From Longimicrobiales bacterium (lineage in GTDB: Bacteria > Gemmatimonadota > Gemmatimonadetes > Longimicrobiales > Gaopeijiaceae): 64,000 bases of DNA. Positions 28,795-38,383 of this stretch are shown here, piece by piece. The stretch is from contig CBDDCX010000008.1 in the NCBI GenBank assembly GCA_965226375.1, positions 1,792,001 through 1,856,000 of the forward strand, read 5' to 3'. The position numbers and the translations under genes are program-made. Every line of letters starts with the position of its first letter. Within the stretch, counting starts at the first letter, position 1. A model generated the notes under the pieces. That model did no database searches and was not told where the DNA came from. It saw nothing but the letters and a program-made list of their open reading frames with translations.

Positions 28795-29463
28795 TTAGCG
28801 GATGAACGCGTATGAGAGTCCAACGCTGACCAGGGTGTCGTACTGACTACCCTCGCCGGCACCGGTGCGTGCGTATATCCACTCGACGACGTCGGCGAAA
28901 ATGGCTGCCCCGGAGTCACCGAGCGGCAAGGAAACGCCGGCGCCGAGTTGGACCCCGAACTCCGCGAAGTCATACTGATAGGACGGCGCGTCCCGCTTGA
29001 TGTCGACGAAACCACCGCCGAGCTTCAGGTACGGAACCGCTGAACTCATCGGGAATCGAATCAGGAGGCTCGCACCGTAGTAGTTACGGTTGAGATCCAC
29101 GTCCTCGGAGACGGCACCGGGGTTGGCCGGCAACTCTACGCCTTGACCATCGCCGGGACGCTGAGCGGAACAGCACTCTTCACGCCCGGTCTTCGGTGCG
29201 TAATGAAAATCGCCACGTACGGCCACGTTCTCATAGAGGACGTATGTGAAGCCGCCACCAAACGCCGTAGCGGACCCGAAAGTCGTCTCCCGCAAGACGT
29301 CGAAACCCTGCGGGTCGGACGAGATGCCACCGTGCAGGTGCAACGACAACTCCCCGATCACGTCGGTGGACTGCGAGGCAGCCGGCGTGACCAGCATAAA
29401 GCCGAGCAGTGCCGTAAAGAAAAGCGAACGAAGTTGCAGCATGGACATCGCCCTCGCGCTCAT
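28795..29463 (-). CDS. Outer membrane beta-barrel protein
   Basis: Signal peptide, alternating beta strands, PYLKLGGG, C-terminal VGLSYAF; start uncertain. Confidence 0.8.
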   Translation of the reverse strand: MSARAMSMLQLRSLFFTALLGFMLVTPAASQSTDVIGELSLHLHGGISSDPQGFDVLRETTFGSATAFGGGFTYVLYENVAVRGDFHYAPKTGREECCSAQRPGDGQGVELPANPGAVSEDVDLNRNYYGASLLIRFPMSSAVPYLKLGGGFVDIKRDAPSYQYDFAEFGVQLGAGVSLPLGDSGAAIFADVVEWIYARTGAGEGSQYDTLVSVGLSYAFIR

Positions 29464-29600
29464 TGGCTGACCACGGGTCGGACGTAGGACGCGCCGACCC
29501 TCGATGCAGCCTTCAGTGAAAACAATCGTAACGGGTATATAGAACGCCCCCGCCGGATCTGTCAAGTAAACTATTTCATATGTTTCGCGGCTAATATGCT

Positions 29601-29640
29601 CGATGTCGGGCCGACTGAGCCCCCCGCCGACCCGACATCG
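29601..29640. terminator. Hairpin downstream of LVIVD paralog 2
   Basis: CGATGTCGGG ... CCCGACATCG inverted repeat. Confidence 0.5.
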
Positions 29641-29652
29641 ACCGGACGCATC

Positions 29653-30987
29653 CTAGTTCCGCGAGCGAGCCTGTACAGCCGGCCCATTGTCCCAGTCCTG
29701 CTGGCTCGAAATGTTCGGTTGTCCCCAGTCCAAGCCGTTCCATCCGCTGAACCCCTGCATCCTGAAGGCCCAGAAGCCCGTCGCCATGTCGGAAATCACG
29801 ATCAAGCCGTCTGCATTTCGCACGTCCACGCCCCAGGCACCGTTCATGATCGAGCTCTCCTCATGCTCGAGAAAGGTGTCGTAGTGTGCGATGGTCTTTG
29901 GGTTCTTGGGATCCTGAAGGCTGAAGACCTGCAAGCCATCCCAGTATCCGGACACGAAGACGAAGGGCCAGCGCACCTCATGGTTATGCACCAGGTGCTC
30001 CCAATTGGCGGTCCAGGCAGAGATGGGCCGGTTGATGTTCGCCACCTCGCCATCCAATCCCGGCTTCAAATCGAAAATCCGTAGCGGCGCGTACTGGTAC
30101 TCCGTCTCAGCAATGACGTAGCGGCCATCTGCCGACGGCGTGAACGTATGACCACCGGTGACTCCGTTGATCCCGGTGAGGCTCACCAGAAGCTCAGGGT
30201 TCTCCAGGTCGGTCACGTTGTAGACGTAGTAGCCTCCGGTGCCCCCACCGTAGAAGCGGTCCTGCTCCGAGTCGGCGTGATAGCCCGTATAGAAGTCATG
30301 GTAGCTACGGGCGTCGGGCGCCGGTACCGGCACACGGGCGACGAGAGCTTCTTCACCGCGGCCCTCTACTACGTAACCCAGATCGTATACATGGGAGAAG
30401 GGAGTGCTCGTGGTGGTGAATAGGAGCACCCGGCCATTGCTGTGCTTGTAGACGAAGATGTTGTGGAATCCGCCCAGCTCCTGTGGCCCCTGGATCCGAG
30501 CCACCTCCCGGAACGTCGAGGCATCCGGGAGCCCGGTCACGTCGAAGATGATGGCGCCGAGGTCGTAGTCGGGCCCTCCCTGCGAGAACTGGGTCGAGAG
30601 GACCACATAATAGCGGTCGTTCCACTTGAACTCCTTCAGGTCCTTTCCCCCGGCCCCCATATGGAGTTCCGAGTCCTCAATCCTCCACTGCACGAGGACC
30701 TCGGGATTCTCGGGGTCACGGATGTCGATGACGTCGATGCCACGCTCCATCCCGGAGATATTCCCGAACACCTCGCGGCCGAGGAACACGTACGGACGAT
30801 CCATGTCCTGGGAGATCTCGATGTCGGAGACGCTCCCCTCCGCCCCCATGGGGAGGTGCGCCACGACTTCGATGTTGTCGCTCCCCCGCTTTTCGGCGTT
30901 CTCTTGCGCACCGAGTGCGGAGCTCGCGGCAAGGAGAGCAAGTCCGGTCAAGGTCGCTGTGAGCATCATCATGTTCTTCGTCTTCAT
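29653..30987 (-). CDS. Secreted LVIVD-repeat beta-propeller protein, paralog 2
   Basis: Long identical blocks with 20408..21727 (e.g. YHDFYTGYHADSEQDRFYGGGTGGYYV). Confidence 0.85.
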   Translation of the reverse strand: MKTKNMMMLTATLTGLALLAASSALGAQENAEKRGSDNIEVVAHLPMGAEGSVSDIEISQDMDRPYVFLGREVFGNISGMERGIDVIDIRDPENPEVLVQWRIEDSELHMGAGGKDLKEFKWNDRYYVVLSTQFSQGGPDYDLGAIIFDVTGLPDASTFREVARIQGPQELGGFHNIFVYKHSNGRVLLFTTTSTPFSHVYDLGYVVEGRGEEALVARVPVPAPDARSYHDFYTGYHADSEQDRFYGGGTGGYYVYNVTDLENPELLVSLTGINGVTGGHTFTPSADGRYVIAETEYQYAPLRIFDLKPGLDGEVANINRPISAWTANWEHLVHNHEVRWPFVFVSGYWDGLQVFSLQDPKNPKTIAHYDTFLEHEESSIMNGAWGVDVRNADGLIVISDMATGFWAFRMQGFSGWNGLDWGQPNISSQQDWDNGPAVQARSRN

Positions 30988-31044
30988 CTTGTCACCTCGC
31001 TGGTTCGGCTGTTCCCGACGGGAATTCGCCTGCCTCGATCCACA

Positions 31045-32409
31045 CTAGTTGCGGGTTCGCGCCTGATACTCCGGGCCGTTCTCCCAGTCCTGGGCGCTCG
31101 AGATGTTCGGCTGGCCCCAGTCGAGGCCGTTCCAACCATTGAACCCCTCCATACGGAAGGCCCAGAACCCGGTTACCATGTCTGACACGACGATCAGGCC
31201 ATCCGCATTGCGTACGTCCGTGCCCCACGCCCCGCTCATCACTCCCTCATCTTCACCTTCCAGGTAGGTATCGTAGTGGGCGATGGTCCGGGGCTTCTTG
31301 GGATCCTGCATGCTGAAGACTTGCAGGCCATCCAGGTAGCCGGATACGAATACGAACGGCCAGCGAACCTCGTGGTTGTGCACCAGGTGCTCCCAGTCGG
31401 CGGTCCACGCCGAGATGGGGTTGCGTATGTTGGAGACCTCTCCATCCAGAGCCGGCTTCAGATCGAACATCCGGAGCGGCGCATACTGGTACTCGGCTTC
31501 CGCAATGACGTATCTACCGTCGGGCGAGGGCGTGAAGGTATGTCCCCACTCGATGCCGTTGATCCCGGTCAGGCTGACCAAGAGCTCGGGATTCTCCAGG
31601 TCGGTAACGTTGAACACGTAGTATCCGCCCGTCCCACCACCATAGAAGCGGTCCTGCTCGCTATCCGCGTGGTACCCCGTGTAAAAGTCGTGGTAGCTCT
31701 GGGCGTTCTCTCCGGGGACCGGAACCCGCGCAACCAGCCGTTCGTCGTCTCGCCCTGCCAGTACGTACCCCAAGTCGTACACGTGGGCGGCCGGCGTAGT
31801 CGTGGTGGCAAAGAGCAGGGCCCGCCCGTTGCTGTGCCGGTAGGTGAAGATGTTGTGGAAGCCCCCGAGCTCTTCCGGCCCCTGAATGCGAGCCACCTCT
31901 CTGAACGTGGACACGTCGGGGAGCCCCGTGACGTCGAAAATGATGGCGCCGAGATCATAATCCGGACCACCCTGGCGGAACTGGACCGAAAGGATGATGT
32001 AGTGCCGCCCCTCCCACGAGAAGGCCTTGATGTCCTTTCCACCCGCTCCGACGTGTAGATCACTGTCCTCGATCCGCCAACGGTGGATGACCTTGGGATC
32101 TGCGGGATCCGAGATGTCGATGACATCGAGACCGCGCTCGCCCCCCTCGGACTGTCCCAGAACCTCACGGCCCACGTAAGCGAAGGGACGGTCCATGTCC
32201 TGCTCGACCTCGATGTCGGACACACTTCCAGGCGCTCCGAGGGGGAGATGGGACACGACCTCGATGTTGTCACTTCCACGCTGTTCGGCATCGTCCTGCG
32301 CCGCCAAGGCCGAAGTGGTCGAGAAAAGGCCCACGCAAGCCAGTATCGTGGCAAAGCCAACTACACTCTTCATCCCCATCGTGCACCTCGTTTTGATTCC
32401 GCTCATCAC
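31045..32409 (-). CDS. Secreted LVIVD-repeat beta-propeller protein, paralog 3
   Basis: Same conserved blocks; C-terminus QARTRN; start may lie a few codons downstream. Confidence 0.85.
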   Translation of the reverse strand: MMSGIKTRCTMGMKSVVGFATILACVGLFSTTSALAAQDDAEQRGSDNIEVVSHLPLGAPGSVSDIEVEQDMDRPFAYVGREVLGQSEGGERGLDVIDISDPADPKVIHRWRIEDSDLHVGAGGKDIKAFSWEGRHYIILSVQFRQGGPDYDLGAIIFDVTGLPDVSTFREVARIQGPEELGGFHNIFTYRHSNGRALLFATTTTPAAHVYDLGYVLAGRDDERLVARVPVPGENAQSYHDFYTGYHADSEQDRFYGGGTGGYYVFNVTDLENPELLVSLTGINGIEWGHTFTPSPDGRYVIAEAEYQYAPLRMFDLKPALDGEVSNIRNPISAWTADWEHLVHNHEVRWPFVFVSGYLDGLQVFSMQDPKKPRTIAHYDTYLEGEDEGVMSGAWGTDVRNADGLIVVSDMVTGFWAFRMEGFNGWNGLDWGQPNISSAQDWENGPEYQARTRN

Positions 32410-32510
32410 GGAGCGTATCGGATGGCCTACATAGCGAAAGGCGGAGGGGCATGTTAAGACCTCACTTGCGAAAAAAACAGCCGATCCGAAAGTGGAGTGC
32501 CGACCAACCG

Positions 32511-33314
32511 ATGTATGAACGCCTTGTGTGCCTGACAGAGGAGACCACGGAGGCCCTATATATGATGGAGGAAGACTGGCGCATCGTCGGAATCTCCGGC
32601 TTTACCGTGCGACCTCCTCGAGCTCGGAAGGAAAAGCCCAAGGTATCCGCATTCACCAGCGCCAAGATCGACCAGATTCTCGATCTGGAACCGGACCTTG
32701 TCCTCGGCTTCTCCGATATCCAGGCCGACATCGCCGCGGAGCTGATCCGTCATGGTGTCGAGGTCCACGTGTTCAATCACCGCAGCGTCCAGGGGATCCT
32801 GCGCATGATCAGGACGCTCGGGGCCATGATCGGCTGTGAGAGGAAGGGTGTCGATCTCGCATTGGAGTTGGAAGAGGGATTGGTCGGAATCCGAGCGCGA
32901 GCGGCCGCGCTGCCGGCCCGTCCACGGGTATACTTCGAGGAGTGGTATGACCCACTGATCTCGGGAATCCGATGGGTGTCCGAGTTGATCGAGCAAGCCG
33001 GCGGAGAGGACTGCTTTCCGGAGTTGGCAGCCTCATCTCTCGCAAAGGGTCGAATCATCGCGGATCCTCAGGAAGTCGTCCGCCGCTCGCCCGACATCAT
33101 CATGGCTTCGTGGTGCGGCCGGAAGTTCCAGAAGGACAAACTGGCGGCGCGGCCTGGCTGGTCGGAGATTCCCGCCGTAGAACAGGACGACATCTACGAA
33201 ATCAAGTCACCAGTCATCCTGCAGCCTGGACCGGCGGCCCTCACCAACGGCGTCGCCCAGATCCACGAGCTGATCCAAGGATGGGCCCAGCGACGGGAAG
33301 GGAACGAGTCATAG
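32511..33314 (+). CDS. Cobalamin-binding/BtuF-like substrate-binding family protein
   Basis: RLVCLTEETTE, PDLVLGFSDIQ, RVYFEEW, ILQPGPAAL; no signal peptide seen. Confidence 0.85.
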   Translation: MYERLVCLTEETTEALYMMEEDWRIVGISGFTVRPPRARKEKPKVSAFTSAKIDQILDLEPDLVLGFSDIQADIAAELIRHGVEVHVFNHRSVQGILRMIRTLGAMIGCERKGVDLALELEEGLVGIRARAAALPARPRVYFEEWYDPLISGIRWVSELIEQAGGEDCFPELAASSLAKGRIIADPQEVVRRSPDIIMASWCGRKFQKDKLAARPGWSEIPAVEQDDIYEIKSPVILQPGPAALTNGVAQIHELIQGWAQRREGNES

Positions 33315-33325
33315 GAGCCATCGCG

Positions 33326-34104
33326 CTGACGGACTGGGCCCTGTTGGGCCTCGTCACGTTTCTGGCCGCAGCGGTTCAGGGCGCCGTCGGCTTCGCGTTC
33401 ACACTGTTGGCCGTCTCCTTCTTCCTTCTCATTCTGCGTTCGACAGAAGCGGTGCAGGTAACTCTGGTCCTCAACCTGGTAATCTGCGGGTCACTCTGCA
33501 GGCACCTCTGGAAGGACGTTCCCTTCGGGCTCTGGCGCCTCCTTCTGGCGGGGGCGGTGGTCGGTGTGCCGGTAGGAGTAGCGGCTTTCGCGTACGCGAG
33601 CCTAGCCGCCATCTACATCGGTGTGGCGGTCGCGGTGTTGTTGTTCACGGCGCTCCTGGCCCGTCAGAGGGCGCCCGCAACCGACGCCGCGTGGGGGGGG
33701 ACCAGGGCATCTCGCCAGACCACGCCTCACCGCCGTATCGGCCCCAGTCGGTTCTTGCCGTGGGGATCCTCGCCGGTGCCATGACGGCGGCCCTGAGCAT
33801 GCCGGGCCCGGTTCTGGTCCTCTACCTGACCGCGATCGGAGTCGACAAGACCACCTTCCGGGCGGTATCCCTCACCCTGTTCACCGTCCTATATATAGGA
33901 GCGATACTGCTCCAGTCGGTCACGGTCGGGATTCCTGGAAGTGTTTGGGTCACATCAGCCACGCTGCTCCCCTTTGCCTGGGCCGGCGCCGCGCTGGGAC
34001 ACGTCGGAGCCCGACATATCGATGAGGCGATGTTCCGTCGTTTCGTCCTTCTTCTACTGGCGGCCACGGGCTCCTACATGCTGATCACCACACTCATCCG
34101 CTGA
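33326..34104 (+). pseudogene. TauE/SafE-family sulfite exporter, frameshifted at G8 (33693-33700)
   Basis: AAAVQGAVGFAF in one frame and AGAMTAALSMPGP in another; start uncertain (CTG after AGGAG). Confidence 0.75.
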
Positions 34105-34109
34105 CTACC

Positions 34110-35144
34110 ATGCGTCCACTGTCCGACTTTCCCCGGGTCGAGCTGGCCCGTCGCCCGACTCCGCTCGAGCCCATGCCCAATCTGTCTGCGCTCTTGGGCG
34201 GACCCCATCTGTTCGTGAAGCGGGACGACGGCGCCGGGCTCGCCCTGGGTGGCAACAAGGCGCGTCAGCTCGAGTTCTACTTCGGCGACGCCGTAGCGCG
34301 CGACGCCACCACGGTTCTCGTTACCGGAGCGGTGCAGTCGAACTTTGTCAGGACCGTAGCCGCGGCCGCCGCCAAGCTGGGGCTGGGCTGCCATGTCCAA
34401 CTCGAGGACCGCGTACCGGGAATGGGCGAGGTCTACCACCGATCGGGCAACGTCCTGCTGGATCACCTGTTGGGTGCCCACGTGCATACCTACCCGGAGG
34501 GTGAAGACGAGGCAGGGGCCGACGGAGCCCTCGCCGAGATCGCGGAAACGCTGAAGGCGACGGGAGAGCGCCCATACCTGATCTACCTGTCCGAGGACCA
34601 CGAGCCACTCGGGGCCTTGGGATACGTGGACGCCGCACAGGAGCTCATACGACAAACCGAACAGATGGATGTGCCGCTGAGGACCATCGTACTCGCCAGT
34701 GGCAGCGCGGCCACCCACGCGGGCATGCTCGTGGGGTTGAGAGCTCACGGCCGGAGCGACGTGGCGGTTCACGGGATTTGCGTTCGCCGGGACCAAGAGG
34801 CACAGAAGGGGCGCGTGATACGCGTCGTGCGGAAGACGGAATCACTTCTGGACTGCATCGGTGTGGTCGAGGAGGACGACGTGCTGGCCACCGATGAGTT
34901 CCTTGGACCCGCGTACGGGCGTCTCACCGAATCCGGAACCGAGGCCATGCTCCTGGCGGCCCGCAAAGAAGCACTCCTGCTGGATCCGGTATACACGGGT
35001 AAGGCGTTCGCGGGCTTCCTGAGCCTGGTACGCCAGGGTACCCTGGGCCCCGAACCGGTCATCTTCTTGCACACGGGGGGGACCCCCGCTCTGTTCGCCT
35101 ATGGCCCCGAAATTGCCAGCGCGACGGAGTCTCGGGACGGGTAG
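34110..35144 (+). CDS. D-cysteine desulfhydrase / cysteate sulfo-lyase family PLP enzyme
   Basis: VKRDD..GGNKARQLE, QSNF, LDPVYTGKA, FLHTGG. Confidence 0.9.
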   Translation: MRPLSDFPRVELARRPTPLEPMPNLSALLGGPHLFVKRDDGAGLALGGNKARQLEFYFGDAVARDATTVLVTGAVQSNFVRTVAAAAAKLGLGCHVQLEDRVPGMGEVYHRSGNVLLDHLLGAHVHTYPEGEDEAGADGALAEIAETLKATGERPYLIYLSEDHEPLGALGYVDAAQELIRQTEQMDVPLRTIVLASGSAATHAGMLVGLRAHGRSDVAVHGICVRRDQEAQKGRVIRVVRKTESLLDCIGVVEEDDVLATDEFLGPAYGRLTESGTEAMLLAARKEALLLDPVYTGKAFAGFLSLVRQGTLGPEPVIFLHTGGTPALFAYGPEIASATESRDG

Positions 35145-35266
35145 ATGGGATCCCGTATGCGCAGCGGTGCAGTATTGTGGCGCGCCGGACCGCCCCAACG
35201 AATCCAAGGGCGTAGGTCACACGTATGTAAAGACGGATCGCTGATTCGCCGACAGCCCGGAACCGC

Positions 35267-35545
35267 ATGATCACCCTCCCCATCGTTCTCAAGTTCATGG
35301 CCGCCTCGGCCGCCGCAGCAGGCGTCTCCGTCGTCGTGCGCAGGGGCCGCGCCAATCGCGTCTCCCCCTTCGCCAGCCTGATCTCGATGTTCGGCCTCAT
35401 TATCGTGGCCGCGGCGTTCCTGTTCGTATCGGGAGTCGAGACCGTGTACATGCTGGTCGGCGGGATGGCCGTCTATGCCATCGGATTCTTCCTCGAGCGC
35501 ATCGCACGACTGGACGGGTACGACGAGGAACTCGACCTGGATTGA
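35267..35545 (+). CDS. Small membrane protein
   Basis: 92 aa, three hydrophobic segments, fills the intergenic gap. Confidence 0.65.
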   Translation: MITLPIVLKFMAASAAAAGVSVVVRRGRANRVSPFASLISMFGLIIVAAAFLFVSGVETVYMLVGGMAVYAIGFFLERIARLDGYDEELDLD

Positions 35546-35672
35546 CGGTCCGTGAGGGACTCTCGGTGGCTCGCGAACTTCTGTAACACCACACTAGCGA
35601 GAGAAAGTGCCCCGTCCCCATGTTGCGCGGTCCGCCGACCTTCAGTGACTACCGCGACCGATAGGGCTCTGC

Positions 35673-37022
35673 ATGAAGAAGCTGCGCTTTCCGCATCCTC
35701 TTACACTGCTTACCGGATGCATCCTGATAGCGGCGGCGTTGAGCTATGTGCTTCCCGCCGGTCAGTACGACCGCTTGGACGATCCGATCACCGGCCGAAG
35801 CGTGGTCGTGGCCGGGACCTTCCATGAGGTAGAGCCCGCGCCTGTGGGTTTCTTCCAGGCCATCGTGGCGATTTCGAAGGGGATGGCGGACGCGGCCGAG
35901 GTGGTCTTTCTGGTGTTTCTAATCGGTGGGGCCTTCACCGTCGTCGACGAGACCGGTGCGCTCCGCAGCGCGGTGGGTTGGCTGGTCAACCGGCTCCAGA
36001 ACCGGGAGGTCCTGGTCATTCCCGTCGTAAGCGTCGCCTTCGCCACGGGCGGTGTTCTGGAGAATATGCAGGAAGAGATCATCGCCCTTGTTCCCGTGCT
36101 GTTGATACTGACCAAGCGGCTGGGGTTCGCACCCCTCACGGCAGTGTCCATGAGCGCGGGGGCCGCCTTTGTGGGTTCGGCCTTCAGTCCCATCAACCCC
36201 TTCCAGGTAGGCATCGCCCAGAAGTTGGCTGAGTTACCCCTGCTGTCCGGCAGTCTCTTTCGGATCGTGTTCCTCGTGGTAGCCCTGAGCATCTGGATCT
36301 TCGCTACCATGCGCCATGCCGACCGCACGCGCACGGCTCCCGAGATTCCGGATGAGTGGGATGAGTGGGACGGCGCCATGAGCCCGCACGACCTGTCCAT
36401 CCTAGGCATGATCGTGGTGACCTTCGCCGTTCTCGTTTGGGGCATCCTGAGCAAGGGATGGGGGTTCGACGAGATGTCGGCGCTCTTCTTCATCATGGGC
36501 ATCGCGGCCGGTGTTGTCGGGGGCCTGCGGGTGATGGGCACCGCGGAGGCATACGTGAAGGGCTTCCGCTCGATGGCTTATGCAGCCCTGCTCATCGGCT
36601 TCGCCAGGGCCATCTTCGTAGTTCTCGACCAAGGGCGCATCGTGGATACGATCGTCCATGGCATGTTCACACCGGTAGCGAACCTCCCGGTGGCGCTGTC
36701 CGCCCTCGGCATGATGGTGTCACACGTCTTCGTACACGTACCCGTGCCGAGCGTGAGTGGACACGCCGTACTGACCATGCCGGTGCTCGTCCCCCTGTCC
36801 GACCTCCTCGGCCTGTCTCGCCAAGTTACCGTGCTCGCATACCAATACGGAGCGGGGCTTTGCGATCTCATCACGCCGACGAACGGTGCCCTCATGGCGA
36901 TCCTGGCCGCCGGCGGCGTGGAGTACCAGGAGTGGCTGAAATTCACTATGAAGTGGTACCTGGTCCTCATGGGCTTGGGCGGCGCAGTGATAATGCTTGC
37001 GATCGCCGTCGGGCTTCAATAG
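35673..37022 (+). CDS. yfcC: YfcC/DcuC-like (basic amino acid antiporter) transporter
   Basis: FPHP, INPFQVGIAQKLAELP, PSVSGHA, VLAYQYG, ITPTNGALMA. Confidence 0.88.
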   Translation: MKKLRFPHPLTLLTGCILIAAALSYVLPAGQYDRLDDPITGRSVVVAGTFHEVEPAPVGFFQAIVAISKGMADAAEVVFLVFLIGGAFTVVDETGALRSAVGWLVNRLQNREVLVIPVVSVAFATGGVLENMQEEIIALVPVLLILTKRLGFAPLTAVSMSAGAAFVGSAFSPINPFQVGIAQKLAELPLLSGSLFRIVFLVVALSIWIFATMRHADRTRTAPEIPDEWDEWDGAMSPHDLSILGMIVVTFAVLVWGILSKGWGFDEMSALFFIMGIAAGVVGGLRVMGTAEAYVKGFRSMAYAALLIGFARAIFVVLDQGRIVDTIVHGMFTPVANLPVALSALGMMVSHVFVHVPVPSVSGHAVLTMPVLVPLSDLLGLSRQVTVLAYQYGAGLCDLITPTNGALMAILAAGGVEYQEWLKFTMKWYLVLMGLGGAVIMLAIAVGLQ

Positions 37023-38344
37023 ACGAGGCCGGCATCCCAGGCCTCGAAGAGGGCCTTGAGCTCCGTTCCCAAGCGCTTCTGCTCTGCAAGCAGCTCCTCC
37101 ATCACGTCCCTGCGCGTGCGGAGGATCATGAAGCGGCGGACATCGTGGAAGCCCCAACGCCAGCGCTCTCGGATCCAGAGACCGACGACGCCCAGAGGCG
37201 GTAGGAGCACGAGGAGGGCCACCCCCACGCCCAGGTCCCAGACCCATACGGCGGCGAGCGCGGCCGTGACGACCCAAGCCGAATAAGTGAGGATTCCGAA
37301 CAACAGCTTATAGGTCGACACTTGGTCGAGTTCGGGCCGCGCTTTAGCGGTCAGGCGGCGAGTGAGCCAGAACGGGACCCAAAATGCGACGTGACCCAGC
37401 AGGGCGATTGCGACGATGGGAATGCCGCCGAGGTAGAGGCGGCGCGCCGACCAGCGCACACTGGACGGGAGCCCGACATCGGCGCGCAGGTCGCCCGGCC
37501 CGAAGCCGAAGAGGGCCAAGCGACGATAGTGCCTCGAAAGATCCTGCTGTACCGCCTTCCATCGCTCATCCGAGCCCTGTCGTACGGTGGCGAGAATGCG
37601 TGCAGTGATCTCGTAACGCCGTAGTTGCTGCGCGTGGCCCTCGGCCTCCGCCATCTCGAGACTCCATATGGCCTCGGCCGTTTCCACGAGTGGCCGATCC
37701 TCCCACCGCTCCAGGTTCAGCGTGACTCCCCTCAGCGCCTGATCGATCCGTGCCGTGAGCTCACGCACTGCGTCTCGGTCCTTCCTTCCCCTCTCGGCCA
37801 GATCGTCCCACGAGACGGGCTCCCCAAGCACCACCCGCATCTCCGATCGAAAGCGCTCCTTCCGTGCGGGTACGATGCCCACCGGGATGATCGGGAACGT
37901 CCGGGTGGTCTTCTCATAGGTGCCCAGTGCCATGCGAGCGGTACCGGTCCGGAGCTCGGCCAGCGACGGTTGGGAATGGCTGATGCCCTCCGGAAAGATT
38001 CCAATGGCCGCACCGCCTGCCAGTTCCCGGATCACCGCCTCGAAGACGTCTCGGTTTTGCCCCATGGCCGAAGGATCGTCTTGTTTGCGATAGACGGGAA
38101 TCGCACCGGCAGCCTTGACCGCCCATCCCACCTGGGCATCGGTGAAGAGCGGCGCCTTGGCCAGGAAGCGGACCCGCCGCCCCGTCACGCCGGCGACGAT
38201 GATCGGGTCGACGAGGGAGTTGGGGTGGTTCGCGACGAGTAGGACTGGGCCACCGGACGGGACCCCAGGGCCCTCCACCGAGAGCCGGTAGAACACGCGA
38301 CTGGCCAGCCGGCACAGCGCGGAGAGCACGGGGAGGAGCCACAT
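37016..38344 (-). CDS. Lysophospholipid/glycerol-phosphate acyltransferase family protein
   Basis: ANHPNSLVD, FLAK, IFPEG motifs; C-terminal TMs. Confidence 0.9.
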   Translation of the reverse strand: MWLLPVLSALCRLASRVFYRLSVEGPGVPSGGPVLLVANHPNSLVDPIIVAGVTGRRVRFLAKAPLFTDAQVGWAVKAAGAIPVYRKQDDPSAMGQNRDVFEAVIRELAGGAAIGIFPEGISHSQPSLAELRTGTARMALGTYEKTTRTFPIIPVGIVPARKERFRSEMRVVLGEPVSWDDLAERGRKDRDAVRELTARIDQALRGVTLNLERWEDRPLVETAEAIWSLEMAEAEGHAQQLRRYEITARILATVRQGSDERWKAVQQDLSRHYRRLALFGFGPGDLRADVGLPSSVRWSARRLYLGGIPIVAIALLGHVAFWVPFWLTRRLTAKARPELDQVSTYKLLFGILTYSAWVVTAALAAVWVWDLGVGVALLVLLPPLGVVGLWIRERWRWGFHDVRRFMILRTRRDVMEELLAEQKRLGTELKALFEAWDAGLVY

Positions 38345-38383
38345 GGATCGTCCTGGAGGCCTCTTGAAGGAGTACGGCGGGTG

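Noticed and set aside
20408..32409. LVIVD copies as a DGR template/variable repeat or an assembly duplication
   Set aside because: Divergence is spread along the whole length with many synonymous changes and distinct signal peptides, consistent with ordinary paralogs.
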